A stretch of 56,612 nt of DNA, counting the filler, from Sphacelaria rigidula (taxonomy: Eukaryota), in NCBI GenBank assembly GCA_964200075.2. It is 3 parts of 3 records of this genome, joined end to end, with 100 filler letters (N's around TTAATTAATTAA, not from the genome) between each part and the next. Parts side by side here need not be neighbours in the genome. Positions count along the whole stretch, not along the records: positions 18,910 to 37,717 come from CAXNAA020000788.1; 2 more parts are not named here. One strand, written 5' to 3'. A program made the translations under genes and the position numbers. Below are positions 24,801 to 37,717 of the stretch, one piece after another; position 1 is the first letter of the stretch; every line of letters starts with the position of its first letter. The notes beneath the pieces were generated by a model. The model had not been told where the DNA came from and did not search any database. It was given only the letters and a program-made list of their open reading frames with translations.

Positions 24801-27028
24801 TAGGTTATGTCGGCTATGTCATCCGCCCCCTTCCTGTCCTTCACTTCTTCCTCATCCTTACTCTTCTTGTGTTTTGTTTTCTGTCTCGTTTTTTGTTTTT
24901 GTTCGAAAGGTAAGCACTCTTCTCGCTTTTTTGAGTCCTCCGGTTTCCCCCTCCTTCTCTGTTTTCCTGTGTTCAAGCTTCCTTTTGCTATTGCCTCTGT
25001 TTTCAGTTGCACTAGATGCATTTTTCTTGTGGCTACGGCTGAACGCCTACGGAACCCGTTGAGTGCGACCATCAATCAATTTTAGCAATCAATATCGGAG
25101 ATTCTGCGCGCCCCACGACTCCCAGAAAGTGTCATGGAGGAACTAAAATACCGCACGGTACACATATCTTGTGGCATGAACTGTCAGGGCCAACTACAAC
25201 AGGTGTCTGCCTGTCGATCTCTTCTTCCAGTCTTTGACTCTCGCGCAAATCATCGGTTCTCAAGCTGCCTTATCCTTAGGCCTCAACAAGGAGTGCTTGC
25301 CAGGTCAGTGTACCTGCCACCGGCGCTAGCCTTTGCAGCTGTCAGTGGGGGTTTCCTCTAGAGACATTCTCAACACAAACTTGGTTACACGCTGACGTTG
25401 TACGCGACGGTGAATACGGCGGGTGTGTTGAGGGGTCGTTATGCGTATAGCAATACCTTTGCGCAAAAAGGACAAGTGAAACTTACGAGATAAATATTCA
25501 TTGATTATACTCGCCTCATACTCCGGGTCCAAGTCCAGGATCTTGAGCTTGTCACGCGTCGCCTGGGTGCACTTCTCTATAACCGCACAGCTTCCCCCTG
25601 TTGCAGGACAAGTAACAGAGTGGTCAGATGTGGCAACTTCATGTTTTCACGAGATTTGTCTACTCTGTATGGGAAATACGACAGAGAACACTACATTCCG
25701 TTCAGCCCCCGACACGTGCGTCAGAAGCGATTATACGTGCCTGAGCTGCACATTGAGTGTACATGTCTTACTTATTTATGAGCTCCGGAACAGCATGCGC
25801 AGCCTAGCGAGAGTGTTGCGCGCGTAAATAAACGGAAAATTGAGCGTGCTCATGACTAGCAAAAACATTTGCGTTCATTCCAAATGGTGTGCACCTCAAC
25901 GTTTTAAACGCAACGGTGTTAAACTTAGCCACACCTTGAAGACGGGCACGGGCAAACGCTTCGTCATCTTCGAAGTCGTGCTGAGTCGTAGGGGTCTTCA
26001 TTGGGGCCTGATGCAGCTTCTCGTAGTCTGCTATGCTTTCGGGCTGCGTCCAGATCCCGAAAGAGGAACGGAGGACAGAGAAGAAGAGTGTAAACGTGGG
26101 ATGTGTAAATGCAGGTCAATATGATGTTGACAGTCAGGAAAGGTGCAGCGACGGAATCGCACATAAATAGCATAACCCGCAAATCGAACTACAAAACCCA
26201 CGGACCTGTGTTAACAAGAAAACACGTCTGGCGATCGAGACAATGCGTCAATGAGTGCTGCGACAGAGGGGATGAGTGGGCGGGGTGGCTTGCTCATATG
26301 TTGCTTGCCTTTCGAGACGGAACCTACGATAGGGAGGAGGAGGGAGCAATTCTTACAAGAAATTCCACTGTAAATCGTTGTTGAAAGCGGCAACGGTTGT
26401 TCGAACGTGCTCTCCTCACCGATAAATAATGCTAATTCATACTGCTTGACACCGTTGTCACCCAAATGCAAGCGCACCGCGAGTCTATTAGGTCGTTTGA
26501 CACACTTATTTGCGACTTCGTTCCTGGAATCACCCCCTCCCCCATATCGTTGCATGACTCCAATGTCAGTGGTGCCTCAGAAGACAATGTCACGATCATG
26601 CCTTCGAGAATGACGAAGTGCGTGCTTACACGGATAATACGCAACAGTACACCAACGATAAATCAATGCCAATCCCAGGTTTTCAGTATCAACATCAAAC
26701 CACAGGCAACGCCGCACGCCGTGTCATCACAAGTGGTCACGATATTTTGTGACCTGGCAGAGTGCGCCCCTTTGTTTACCGAGAAAGTCGAAGTCACTGA
26801 ATTTGTTCCGTCCCGGGTGCGATATCCTCCGTAATCCACAGTATCACAGTACACACGGGCTCTAGACTGACACAGTCTGCGTTATTCATCAAGTCAATGA
26901 CCCTCACTGTACTTACCCTGGTGTGAGCATCCGAGTCCTTGATCATTGCTGATATTTTCCTCGCGACCAGCACAGCATTTGCGACGGGTGAAAGGGCCTC
27001 TACATCTGGGGTTGTTCCCACCTTATCC
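21733..27028 (-). CDS. LOX: Lipoxygenase, 5' half of the catalytic domain; complement join(26917-27028,25935-26043,25515-25597,24369-24440,23778-23888,22728-22819,21733-21889); start and 3' half not resolved
   Basis: In-frame splicing gives the LOX motifs in order: RPESIADYEKL, FEDDEAFARARLQG, GKLLVVDHDIL, YLTPSIALF..KPIGIQ, PIFTPEDGYNWMIAKACFESAD, EIVGHLSHCHLVME..RQLPKAHPIRLLFEPHVEGTAFIN. Confidence 0.93.
22728..22819 (-). CDS. LOX: LOX exon (MSHTEATPIFTPEDGYNWMIAKACFESADAT)
   Basis: tgcag acceptor, gtgagt donor; W..AK motif. Confidence 0.92.
23778..23888 (-). CDS. LOX: LOX exon (GKRGSLLEGTVERYLTPSIALFEVVDDVLPIKPIGIQ)
   Basis: atcag acceptor, gtcggg donor; 37 codons. Confidence 0.9.
24369..24440 (-). 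CDS. LOX: LOX exon (ELREKVDSLMAQGKLLVVDHDILK)
   Basis: cgcag acceptor, gtgacc donor; 24 codons. Confidence 0.88.
25515..25597 (-). CDS. LOX: LOX exon (GSCAVIEKCTQATRDKLKILDLDPEYE) ending at a GC donor
   Basis: aacag acceptor; frame requires GAG|gcgagt. Confidence 0.75.
25935..26043 (-). CDS. LOX: LOX exon (PESIADYEKLHQAPMKTPTTQHDFEDDEAFARARLQG)
   Basis: cgcag acceptor, gtgtgg donor; DE.FAR motif. Confidence 0.9.
26316..26560. mobile_element. MITE family A copy in a LOX intron
   Basis: Right TIR ATCGTTGCATGACTC; interior similar to 1090-1314. Confidence 0.7.
26917..27028 (-). CDS. LOX: LOX exon (DKVGTTPDVEALSPVANAVLVARKISAMIKDSDAHTR)
   Basis: tgcag acceptor, gtaagt donor; in phase with the next exon; acceptor choice less certain. 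Confidence 0.7.
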
Positions 27029-27110
27029 CTGCATGGCACCGACGCGTGCGGAGAAGGCACTAAGCGGATATACGCGAAAAGAGGCTGGCAGCGAATTTTG
27101 CGACCGTTGA

Positions 27111-27118
27111 TGTGCGCA

Positions 27119-27151
<33 letters not shown>

Positions 27152-27518
27152 GTGTGTGTGTGTGTGTGTTGTCGTCCCATCTATTCTGGGCGCCAGTCCA
27201 CACCTTTCTGTATATGTGGGCGCACCAGCCGGGGTCACACAGGAGAAACGTCAACACGGGAGCTTTTCTTGTTTTTGTTTTTTAGAACCGCGTCTTCCTT
27301 CTGCGGTGCTTGCCTTCCTTTTTTATCGCGAGAGGGGTTCAGCAGTCCCTTTCCCTCGTCGACCGTTAGGTCGAATTTTGTGTACCCACGACATAGATGC
27401 TCTCCACTGTTGTTGGGCATGGTGTGAGAAAAAATCCCAGATGGCTCCGGGAATTCAATCCACTACCCAACCGTCAGAATATTTCGAGGTTACCCACTGA
27501 GCCACCGTGGCGACCGGC
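27111..27518 (-). mobile_element. SINE family C, full-length copy: tRNA-like head, ~260-bp body, (CA)n tail
   Basis: A-box TGGCTCAGTGG (27494-27504), degenerate B-box GGATTGAATTCCC (27449-27461), (TG)n at 27120-27168; four other fragments in the window. Confidence 0.8.
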
Positions 27519-27926
27519 TTTCGCATGGAAGGAATAAATGCACGCCCTTCGAGATAATCATCTACGAAAGCGACATAGATAGTGTGTACGTTCATGTAGT
27601 ACCCTGGTTTACCGTTCGGAAATATATACAAAAATATTACGAGCACCAAAAAATGCACAAACGCTTACCCTCACGGATTGACACCTATATAGCACGAAGG
27701 GATTGGACGTACAGTTGAATGGCACAAAGCGTTTGTCTTGCTGATAGAATTTACAGCTTGGGGTAGCTCCTACTGTATCCACTCTTCTACTCTCCCTACC
27801 CTCCTCTCATTGGCGCTTTATCAGCTCCCAGTATTTTTTGCTTTCTGTTCGCCAAAAAAGCGCCTGCGAAAATTATCGACTTTGTTCTGCTCTATAGAGC
27901 ATGTGAGCTTAATCGTCACTGTACAC

Positions 27927-27994
27927 CCTCTCGCGACTTTCCTGTCATCGGACAGTCGAGTCCATTTCTCTTTGACATCACGGTCGAATACGAG
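27927..27994 (-). CDS. Possible further 5' LOX exon (LVFDRDVKEKWTRLSDDRKVARG)
   Basis: tgcag acceptor and a phase that fits the 27028 acceptor, but weak donor (gtgtac) and no diagnostic motif. Confidence 0.35.
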
Positions 27995-28342
27995 CTGCAA
28001 GCTCAAGTTCGTCGGGCATTCAACACTTGTATCTGCATATCCCGCACGTATGCAGACAACGCCACATTATTTTCAATGGTGCGCACAGTGTCTTGAGGTT
28101 AGGAGGCGTTTATGATCAAATCCGGGATTTTACGATTGCGGGTCTGATCAAGCTTGACTCGGTCAGATGTGAGTTCGATACACGGGAATAGGCGACATTT
28201 CTAGCTACCCGCTACCCCGCCGGTTCACTTGCGAACGTGGAGCTGAGCAAAAGCAACAATAGTCCGGTGAGCGACGTGAAAAAAAACAGAGCGACAACGA
28301 ATACGAGTGAACAAGGGTCTTCGAGATCATGTGGATATCAAC

Positions 28343-28451
28343 CTGCACTTGCGTAAAGCTGTCTTGAGGTATCTTCGGACACGATTTACGAGCTGAGTTG
28401 TGCTGATTGCTGGTTCTACCGATCCATCTTCAGAGTCTGTGAGGTGCTGTC
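28343..28451 (-). CDS. Possible further 5' LOX exon; donor ambiguous
   Basis: ttcag acceptor and one open frame (QHLTDSEDGSVEPAISTTQL..); no motif. Confidence 0.25.
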
Positions 28452-28810
28452 CTGAAGTATATCTGATAAATCTGATGCCTTCTTCACAATAGACCAGCAT
28501 TAGTACGCCCAGGCTATTCATCTTGACCTTGCCTCCGCGTATGCTTTGGTATACTCGGGCTGATCTCCATACATTACGGTTATGGCTTGGTACACGTCGG
28601 GTTTCGTTTCATGGGAACATTTCCTTTCGTCTGATATTTTGCTATTTCCGTCAGTTCCTCTGCCATCGGAACAATCAAACCAAGATATCGCTTCGAGTTT
28701 TCCATAGCGAGCATTTTCGTCGCGTCTATCTCGGGCACGTCTATATTCTGACAGTCATGAACAAACGTTTGTTAGCCATCGGCTGGGTTACAGACAACGA
28801 GTCAATCATG

Positions 28811-30485
28811 CAAGGGTAGGTCGAGTACAGCATGTACTTCTGAGTACTCGAGTAAAATAATTTGAGTAGAGTATGTACTTACTCTACTCGGCCTTGGAGT
28901 AGGTCGAGTACGGCCTCAAATACTCTACTCAATTTCTGACTAGGTCGAGTACGACCCCAAATACTCTACTCAAACATTGAGTAAGCACTCTCAGCAATAC
29001 TTGGGTATAGAGTGTTACATGAGTATGATCTCAATACTCTACTCAAATTTTGAGTAGGTCGAGTACGGCCTGCAATACTCTACCCAAATTTTGAGTAAGC
29101 ACTCTCAGTAATACTTGAGTATGAAGTATCACTCGAGTATGATCTCAATACTCTACTCAAATTTCGGGTAGGTCGAGTACGGCCTCAAATACTCTACTCA
29201 AACTTTCAAGTAGATCGAGTACGATCTCCAATACTCTACTCAAACATTGAGTAAGCACTCTCAGAAATACCTGAGTATAGAGTACCCCTTGGGTATGATG
29301 AGTACCCCCGACAGTCGGCGATTTGGTGACGTCACTTCACAGAGTATGTTGAATGCATGGGCGAACGATGGCCATCAATGAGATGGGCGGCGTTACATCA
29401 CAGCCATGAAAAAATAAAAAAAAGCGTGCAGGTGAACGAACCTACCTGCCCCAGCGCCTCATCTCACCAGTCCCCACTCACGGCAGTACATACTCGATAC
29501 CTCGCAACGCCTTTGATATCGCTTTTAGTACAGAGCGCTACTCATCATCATCGAGTAATCGAGTAGACGAGTAGTCGAGTAGGTAGTATCAAATATAGCG
29601 ACTGTACTGGCCACATAGAGTTGATCATGGGCGGGCAACTGTAGGAATACCTCGGTATTTCCTCCACCCGAGTTTGAGTATCTTGCGGACAAGCTTGAAC
29701 ATTGAAGTTGAAGTTGAAGGTTTTCGGTACATCGGATCCGGCCTCAGATACTCTACTCCATTTTTGAGTAGGTTCAGTACGGCCTCAAACACTCTAATCT
29801 GTGTTCTCGTGAGATTGAGAGTAGACGATACGATTGAGAGTAAAAAGAGGCCAATTAGTGAATGAATCGTTTCAGTCCCGAAATGCCCCTCGCCGAGGCC
29901 CAATATGCTTTCCGTAGTAGCTTGCCACTGAGGCCCTTGATAACCCTGAGTAGAATACCGACGTGTAGTTGTAAGCACACGCCAGTGATGGAGGCGAAGA
30001 AAAGTACACACGGAATAAAAAAATAGCCATGATCAAAGCCACTCTCAATCAGCGCTCTACTCTCAATCTCACGAAAACGTTGTTTCTACTCGAATTTTGG
30101 GTAGGTTGAGTACGGCCTCAAATACGCTACTCAACATTTGAGTAGGTCGAGTACGACCCCAAATACGCCACTCAAATATTGAGTGAGCACTCTCAATCAT
30201 ACTTGTCTATAGAGTATCGCTCGATTATGACCTCAATACTCCACTCAGATTTCGAGTACTTTGAGTACGGTCTCCAGTACCTTACTCAAATTATTGAGTA
30301 GATCGAGTACGACCTTAAATACTTTACTCAAAGCTCGGGTAGACTGAGTATGATCTCAAATATTCTACTCGAATGATTGAGTAGGTTGAGTACGACCTCA
30401 AATACTCTACTTGAACTCCGAGTACTGACAGTACTACTCTTCAAAAATACTGAGTAATGAGTATACTCTACTCGACCTGCCCTTG
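28811..30485. mobile_element. Non-autonomous hAT-like DNA transposon with long subterminal arrays of ~41-bp palindromic units
   Basis: TIR CAAGGG(T/C)AGGTCGAGTA at both ends; 8-bp flanks CAATCATG / CGATCACG (6/8 identical); no transposase ORF seen. Confidence 0.85.
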
Positions 30486-33400
30486 CGATCACGGTACTAG
30501 GTTCAGAGTTTTTGCGGTAATCGTGTGGATGTCGTTCGGTTTCTTTTACTACAGCTATTCACCACCACTACAAAGCACTAACTCACCCGAGGGTCCCGCT
30601 CACAACCCTGTTCATCGAATCCAGTACCTGAGCCGTCCATCCCTTCCTGGGTAGCTCTCTCCTAGGAGGGAATCCCTTCAAGGATGGAGTACCTGCGGGA
30701 ATACGCTTCGCGTACCAGGTGGAAAGGGTCGTACGGATGAGGGATGGGGAGAGCAACATCAATGCAGGTCTTCCACAGATAAAAAGTGCAGAGATCGAAG
30801 TAGATCTACCGAGTGGCTGCGAAATAACAAATGTGTTGGAATACAGTCTGGTGGGCTATTGCTATCCTAAGACAGCCCTACTTGCGTTACCCAGCGAAGA
30901 TGGGGTTATGATATTTCCTCACGCGTATATTTAGGCACAATATGATGAACACAGAGCAGAGTGATCTCCGGAATAGAGTTCACGTCTTCGCGATCTCCAA
31001 CCTGAGCGAGGGTTTGCTGGAAATGTGTTGTGGGAACGTGAGGATATACTCACGAACTGGAATAATATATTTCGACAGAAAAAGGCTGTTCTTGATCACG
31101 TGGTCACAATATATACGAAAGCGGCGTACCAAAAGATATGGCACTTTTACACAATAAAAAAGTATAACACATCGATGTCCAGCTTGACAGTTCTGTCCAT
31201 ACCCATGCTAACATACTAGCTGGCCATCGGTGCCAATAGAGGAAGGTTACATCGCCCCAGAATCGTTCGGATATTGCACTTGGAAGCATTCCGAAACTTA
31301 AAAAAGCTACGCCACATCTGAATGACGTTTGGCCTCTTGCCCGCGAACTTTCATAGTAAAGTAGGGCACAAGCAACGGACGTTGTGAGAAGATGTGCCCG
31401 TTGGAAAGGGAATGGGTGGCGCGTGGTTCTCACTCAACCAGTAAGAATTCGCCACTAATTTCCCCCATTCCTGAATGTCTCGGTGAGCGCACTACTATCG
31501 AAGCTACATACGAAGCGTTGTTTCGATACCGCGAACGACACAGTAGCAGCAGTAGGAGGAGGGGGAGCCGCGGTCGCGGCAGTGACAGAAATGGCAAGAA
31601 GGCCAGCGAGAGCAACAGCACAAACGATGGCAAGAGGGAACTCAATAAAAACAGCGAAAACAAAGCGGCAAGTAGAAACCATGGACGGATCAGTTTGTGG
31701 CGGTTTGAAGGCAGAACGTCCACCCGTCAGTGGTCCAGTATCCGCTCACATCAGTGCTCCATCGGTAGACCCTTCGGTTCTTCCTTAGTTCTGCATTGCG
31801 TTGAGATGACTTGGCTCTAGGATCCTGTGGGAGTGACGGCACACCCGCCGCCCTACGCGCATCCGCAGTCCTCGCCCCTGTAACAGACCCCCCACCGCAC
31901 GGGACAGGGCCGTATGTTCACGCACAGCATTTTTGTATCGGCTTTTGTTTCAACTGTCGTTGGGGAACCATGAAATCACACGGCAGCTAGCTGGTGGACC
32001 GACCAAACGCGGGCGCGGCCGACACGAGAGGCTTGTTTTGGAGAAGCGGGGTCAGGTTACAACGCAACAGCCCTTCACCCAGTAATGGAACACACGCTTA
32101 TGAGCATTCCGGCGTTTTAGCGGGAGAACGTACCTGTGACGGCATGGGCGGAATACTGTAGGATTACACAACCCCTGACCTTCCACCACCTCAGTATGTT
32201 TGATGGAGCACTTTCTACGAAATATCTTACCGACGACCAAACGAGATCAGTAGGTGGCGAGAAGATCAGCAAATTCATCAGAATGCTCCGATCGACTGAT
32301 GCCGCGATGGCCAGCATTATCGGGCACCGCCCCATGGGATTTCATATCCATTTGTTATTTGATTGTCGCACTTCAACTGACCCCCCACGGATCCTGCACC
32401 GCTCTGTACGAAAAACTCGTGTAGCCATTTCGATATTCCCTGCCGAACCCAACGACTGGCAGCAAAAGCTTGTGATGGGCTGTGCGCAGACTGTCGAAGT
32501 CCTGAGAACGTAACGTCCATGTTGATGTCCGGCACATATCCTGGACTCCCCACGTAGGTAGGAATACAAGGTATAGAGATAAAAATGATATACCGAAACT
32601 ATTGATTACAGTGCGATATTGTAGCCAAGCGACTAGCAGAAGAGGTAGCTTGCACTAGATCTAGTAGTGTAAACGCTGACATGACTGACGCGTCAGCCAC
32701 CGGCTGAATCAGGTGATACAATCCAATTGGACGTATGTCTAGTAGAGCAGGATTATTTTGTGTTTCACGAGAAATATCGGCTTGGAGGTCACGGTCCTCA
32801 CCTACCTCCCTCTATATCCTCACTCTCCAACATATGTTCCTTCGGAAGCGGCTGTGTGTTTCAGTCTGTCTTGGCCAAATAAACGGCTGTGAGCCATTAA
32901 AAAGTGGGCATCCGCTGCACTGAGATGGGAGCAGGTGTGTCTCTTGGCAGCACCACACCACACGAGCCTTCGAACAAGTGTGTTTTCAATCTCGAAAACA
33001 GTTTCACGGTTCTCAGTGTTGGAAGCCATTATGGCAGCAGTCTGGAACGGTACTTCACTGTCTTGCTCTTCGAGACCCGCCTTCCAAATATATGGAATAG
33101 ACAGGTGAATGCTGTAGGACAGTGACAGGACCGTACCACCCCCACTTCACTCCACGGCTTGATTACTTTAAAAAGAGAGGACACGCTTCGGTTCGTACAC
33201 CGCTTATCGTGTCACGTGCGTACGCTCTGTACTATTACGAGATACTTGTTCACGAACAAAGGGGGGTTCGTGTCCCATGTGCGAGAGAATGGGGATCTCG
33301 AGCAGACCACGATGTTCGATCATGTCTCACGAAGGAAGTGAGCAACCGACAAAAGCAGATACACAGAGACGGAAAAACACTCACCATCCGCGACGTTGGG

Positions 33401-36400
33401 GAGTAACAGCTGCAGCTGCAAAATCGTTGCGAACACGCCGGTACGAGAACGCGCAGCCCACGCTTGTTTCCTGCATGCATGTACGGTATAACAATGGGCG
33501 ATTGGAAATATTTTAACCTGCCATGCGTCGAAAAGTTTGTTTTTTTTGGAGTTTCGGGAAATGGTTTTTGCAGTGTAGTCTGGCGTCAGAATGCATGGAG
33601 GAAAGCTAGTAACGGTATACGTTCCAATATGAAAAAAACTTGAGTCAACGTTGCAGACTCGGGCGAGTCTTTTTCCGCTCATCTTTTTGCAATTGAAAAT
33701 ACGTCGATGGAACTGGTTCGAGCAAAATTCGCTCATTATTATCCAGCTGGGTCCAAGTAAACACGGATCACGACAGATTTGAAGAATTCAGTAGGTAAGA
33801 ATCTGCAAGAATACGCACTGCACCTTACAATAAAAAGAAAATGTTTCCCTAACTACCATGACTACATCAGGCCCCCAAGCAAGCTGCCTCCTCTCTTGAA
33901 CTGGCAAACAACAATGGTCTCCGCTGGGCCACCTCATGGATGACGACAACCTGTGCGAAGCTCGTACAGTACGATGTTTAGTCCCTGTGAAGGGGTTGAC
34001 TATTCAGTCCCCCGACGGATTATACGCCTCCAGAGCCTTTTCTCGCTCTAGAGGGGTCAATTTTCGTGTGGAGGGAGTTTTGGGGGTAGCCAAATGGCCG
34101 TGTATGGGGGGCGTGGTGAAAACATCTGAGAGGTGCATACACCCCACTCGTGTCAAGTTTCCAACGAAGGATAAGTGGCTCTTATGATGGAGCTCCATGG
34201 AGCACACCATGATGATACCGTGCACGATGTACGCACAATAATCCCCCCATGTGAAGACCCATGTGCATTGTACTACTGAACCATAACGTAATGATCTCAG
34301 GATCAAAATCATGAACGGTACTACGAGGTTAGTTCACCACTTGGGAGGGTAAAGGAAGTCCTGGAAATATTTATGGTTCGCGGCAGGTGAGGATGATCCA
34401 AATTGTTCTCCCCGCACATGAGCCTGATTATATTGAACCACACCCGAGATCTGTTCATCACCACTGTACTGTGCGTGACAGTCTCGGACAAATTGCGCCG
34501 CTTTTCAAAACGGGCGAGCATATACAGCCAGGACGCAGACACACGCACACTCAAACACACACAAACACACACACGCCTACACACACATAACACACACAAC
34601 GACACCGCGCGGAATTTCTGATGCTGTTGGGTTCACTAATTTGCTACAGGTTACGTATTTGGAGAAGATCTTCGTTGAGCAAGGGAGTCTTTCTCCATGC
34701 TCACCCTGTCGAGTAGCGAGGTTGGGGTGATTTAGCACCGAGGTCGGAAGGACACGGTCAGGTTCAGCTCGAGTATCTATAGCCAAACTGTGAGCCTACA
34801 CCCAAGAATGGTTGGCCGTTGGTGGTAGTGATGGTGTGTCGTTGCGTCTATTCCGTACTGCAGTGGTGCGAAATCATACCGTTCTGGCGGGAAACTGACG
34901 CAGCGATAGCGGTAACTCCGTCATCCGTCGAGGAGGCGGGCCTGTTGCTGAGGAATTGGATGGGATGCCTTCGACCCGGTTCTTTTTGGTCAACACTCAA
35001 CACCGGAACGACAGTGCTCATCCTTCGGCAGTGCGCTATGTACAATACGACCCTGCCCCTTCTACCGGACTGTCCCATTGCTCGCAATTGGATTTGGTTG
35101 TTCTGAGCAGACACGGGTCATTCGGGGCTCCACGCGTTACTACTGCATCGAGGTATGGGGGGAAAACACCAAACTAGACATACCGCTTCATACATCGGGG
35201 GTGGTCGGGGGCGGGGGCGTGGAGGGAGTGCGAACCGATCAGATGGTTTTATAGGCGGAGGTCGTGGCAGAGGCGGTTGCGATAAATACGGCGGCGGAGG
35301 TGGAGGGTGGCGGAGGGGCATGCGTATGCGCAAGGTACGTACTGAACCGGGAATTACTCCACCCTACGAATATCAGTGTGCGCAACCATCCTACAGTGCC
35401 CAGAGGAGGGCATGACCGTGGGAAAGTAGGGCTGGGGGGGGGAGAACGGGGGGCGGCGGCGGCGGGAGCGGGCGCAGTTGCAGCGGCGGTAGCGGGGGTG
35501 GGCACGGGATTGGGGGCGGCGGCGGCAGTGGTAGCGGCTGGGGAGAGGTAAGATGCAGGGACGTTGCAAGGAGGGGGAGGGGGTGTTGGTAATTATGATG
35601 GCGGAAACAGAAACTTTTGGGTATACGCCGGCTATGATGTGTCGAACTCGTCATCGCTCAAAGCTACGAAGTGCCTTCAGCGAGGAAAGGGAACGGAGGA
35701 GGCGGCGGCGGCCGCGGCGGCGGCTGGAGGGTGTATAGGTGACGACGGTGGAGGGTCGATGCTCTGCGTAAGTCCGGCAAGGGCGCTGGTCCTCGACGAC
35801 GTGAATGACGAAGGAGGATGGACTCTATGGTTTCTACTTTCAATGCTTTAGGAGTAAGGCCAGATCGAACTTGTGAGCTTAGCACCGCACCCAACAACAA
35901 TGTTCTCCATCTGCCTGTTCTACGCTGTACCCGCCGGGTTTCTGGACCACTTACCTTGTCTAGCTGAAAAATAAACAACACAAGTTGTTTTTTGGTTTGC
36001 CCAGAGAAGCATTAAACCGTCGTCCAAAAGGCTGCACGTGAAAATCTTGGTTCGGAATCGACTTGAATTTATTTATTCGCTCTGTGTGTGAACGTTTCGC
36101 TTGTTCAGTGCTCCTCAGCACTCGGTTCCGTTTCGTCGATTTGGGCAGCCGGGATGGGGAGGTTGTAGTGTCATTTTCGACGTTGTTGGGACCAAATATC
36201 AGTTAAGTTTTGCGAACGCTTCCACATAACCGTGTTGGTTTGATCTGCATTTTATCATGCAAAAAATTCCGTTGTCGGCGACATCTCTATACCTCAACAA
36301 CTGTAACGACGCAAAACATATAAAAGCGAGATTCCTGATTTTCGGCTACAAATTAGCTCACCGTAAAATTTCAGGTGAATCGGTCGATTTCTAAAAACGC

Positions 36401-37636
36401 CGCGGATATTTTCGAATTAGCCCTGCCTTGTGAAATTTGCTTGATGTTCCCTAGAGGTCCAAGCGAAACCAGCTGGAACTCGGCAATAACACGCCCATCA
36501 CTTTGTCCTATACTATGTTTCCAGACGTTAGCCGGTGTGGTTCGTGTGGTTCATACTTCCTCAGTTTGAATGAAGCGGCTGTAGTTGATTTGTTGACAAC
36601 CGCAGTCATTTTTCTGCGCACTGACGTCGAAGACCGGACGTGAAAGAAGATAGGTCAGAGCTCCTCCAATTGGACCGCACATTCCACTAGTGGTGTGGCA
36701 CCGGTGCATTCCGTGGTCTACCTTGTATGCGCTTTCCGGTGGCCACAGTTTATTTTGGTTTTTCAGTAAGAAACGGTCGGGTGATTAAAAATCAAGGGGG
36801 AAGCTGCTAGTTGTTTCTACAACTCGACCGTTGCCCAACACGCGATTTTGCGAATTGAGGACGGGTTTGGATTTATTTGTGCCACCCATCTGCGACAATC
36901 TCCGCTGTATTTCTAGTGAAGGTCAAGGTGAACTTAATCGCTGACGTACTACGACCCCCCGATGACCGCATGAAGGAGAGAGTGGATGCCGACATTGAAT
37001 GATGTTGTTGCCTCTTTTTCGTTGTATTCGAAGTTGCGAAGATTTTTAAGCGGAGTGTGCTTTTACTGTTTCGCCACGATGCATAAGGTAGTATTCCGCT
37101 GTTCAAAAGCGCCCGCGCCGTTACGTCATCTTACATTCTTCTGCTGAAACAAACCGTATGCGCCCGTCGTCATTCCTGCAGTGCGTATTCTACGTGGTGA
37201 GACAGGGTTCAGGACCCCCTGTCCATGCTGTGAAGAGCTCGCAGATGTCACTATCCGGCGGCGATCCTGGAAATAGTGCTAGTGAGGAGGGATTGTTTTG
37301 AGGCTACGGCCTTCCCTTCAACATCAAGCCGTCCGCAACCCCGCTCGTTCGATTACCTCATCCGGCTCTCCGAAAAAGCGCCGGACTGTACTTATAATGA
37401 AATGACTCACGGTCCGCAGTGTTTAGCTTTGTTCGGTGACACTGAGACGTGTGACGAGTTGGCGGCCGTCGATCTCAACACGCATGAGTAGGACCACCCC
37501 AAGAACAACCAAACTTGCGGTCTCTGATCATGACGGGCTGTGATCTCTCCGATCTCATGGTTAGTATTGTAAATGATAATTTACGAGACTTAGAGCCTGT
37601 CTTAGCACATCAGTTTTCGATCGAAAACGCGCGGTG

Positions 37637-37717
37637 GAGTCATCCTACGATAGGGGGGGGGGGTATTTTGGGTGATTTCTTGCTCGAAATTTCGAGTCAG
37701 GTCGTCGTTGAAAGCAG
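37637..37717. mobile_element. MITE family A left end, cut by the gap
   Basis: GAGTCATCCTACGATA followed by a G-run and TATTTTGGG. Confidence 0.75.

Noticed and set aside
27494..27561. Extra LOX exon with AG/GT ends
   Set aside because: Its donor lies at the SINE A-box, and the same sequence recurs at 18910-18960.
28818..30480. Palindromic ~41-bp repeats as a CRISPR array
   Set aside because: Units abut with no unique spacers, there are no cas genes, and the array lies inside TIRs with a TSD.
31455..31682. Hydrophobic minus ORF as the LOX signal-peptide exon
   Set aside because: Low-complexity sequence open in several frames; its donor phase does not fit the candidate downstream exon at 28451.
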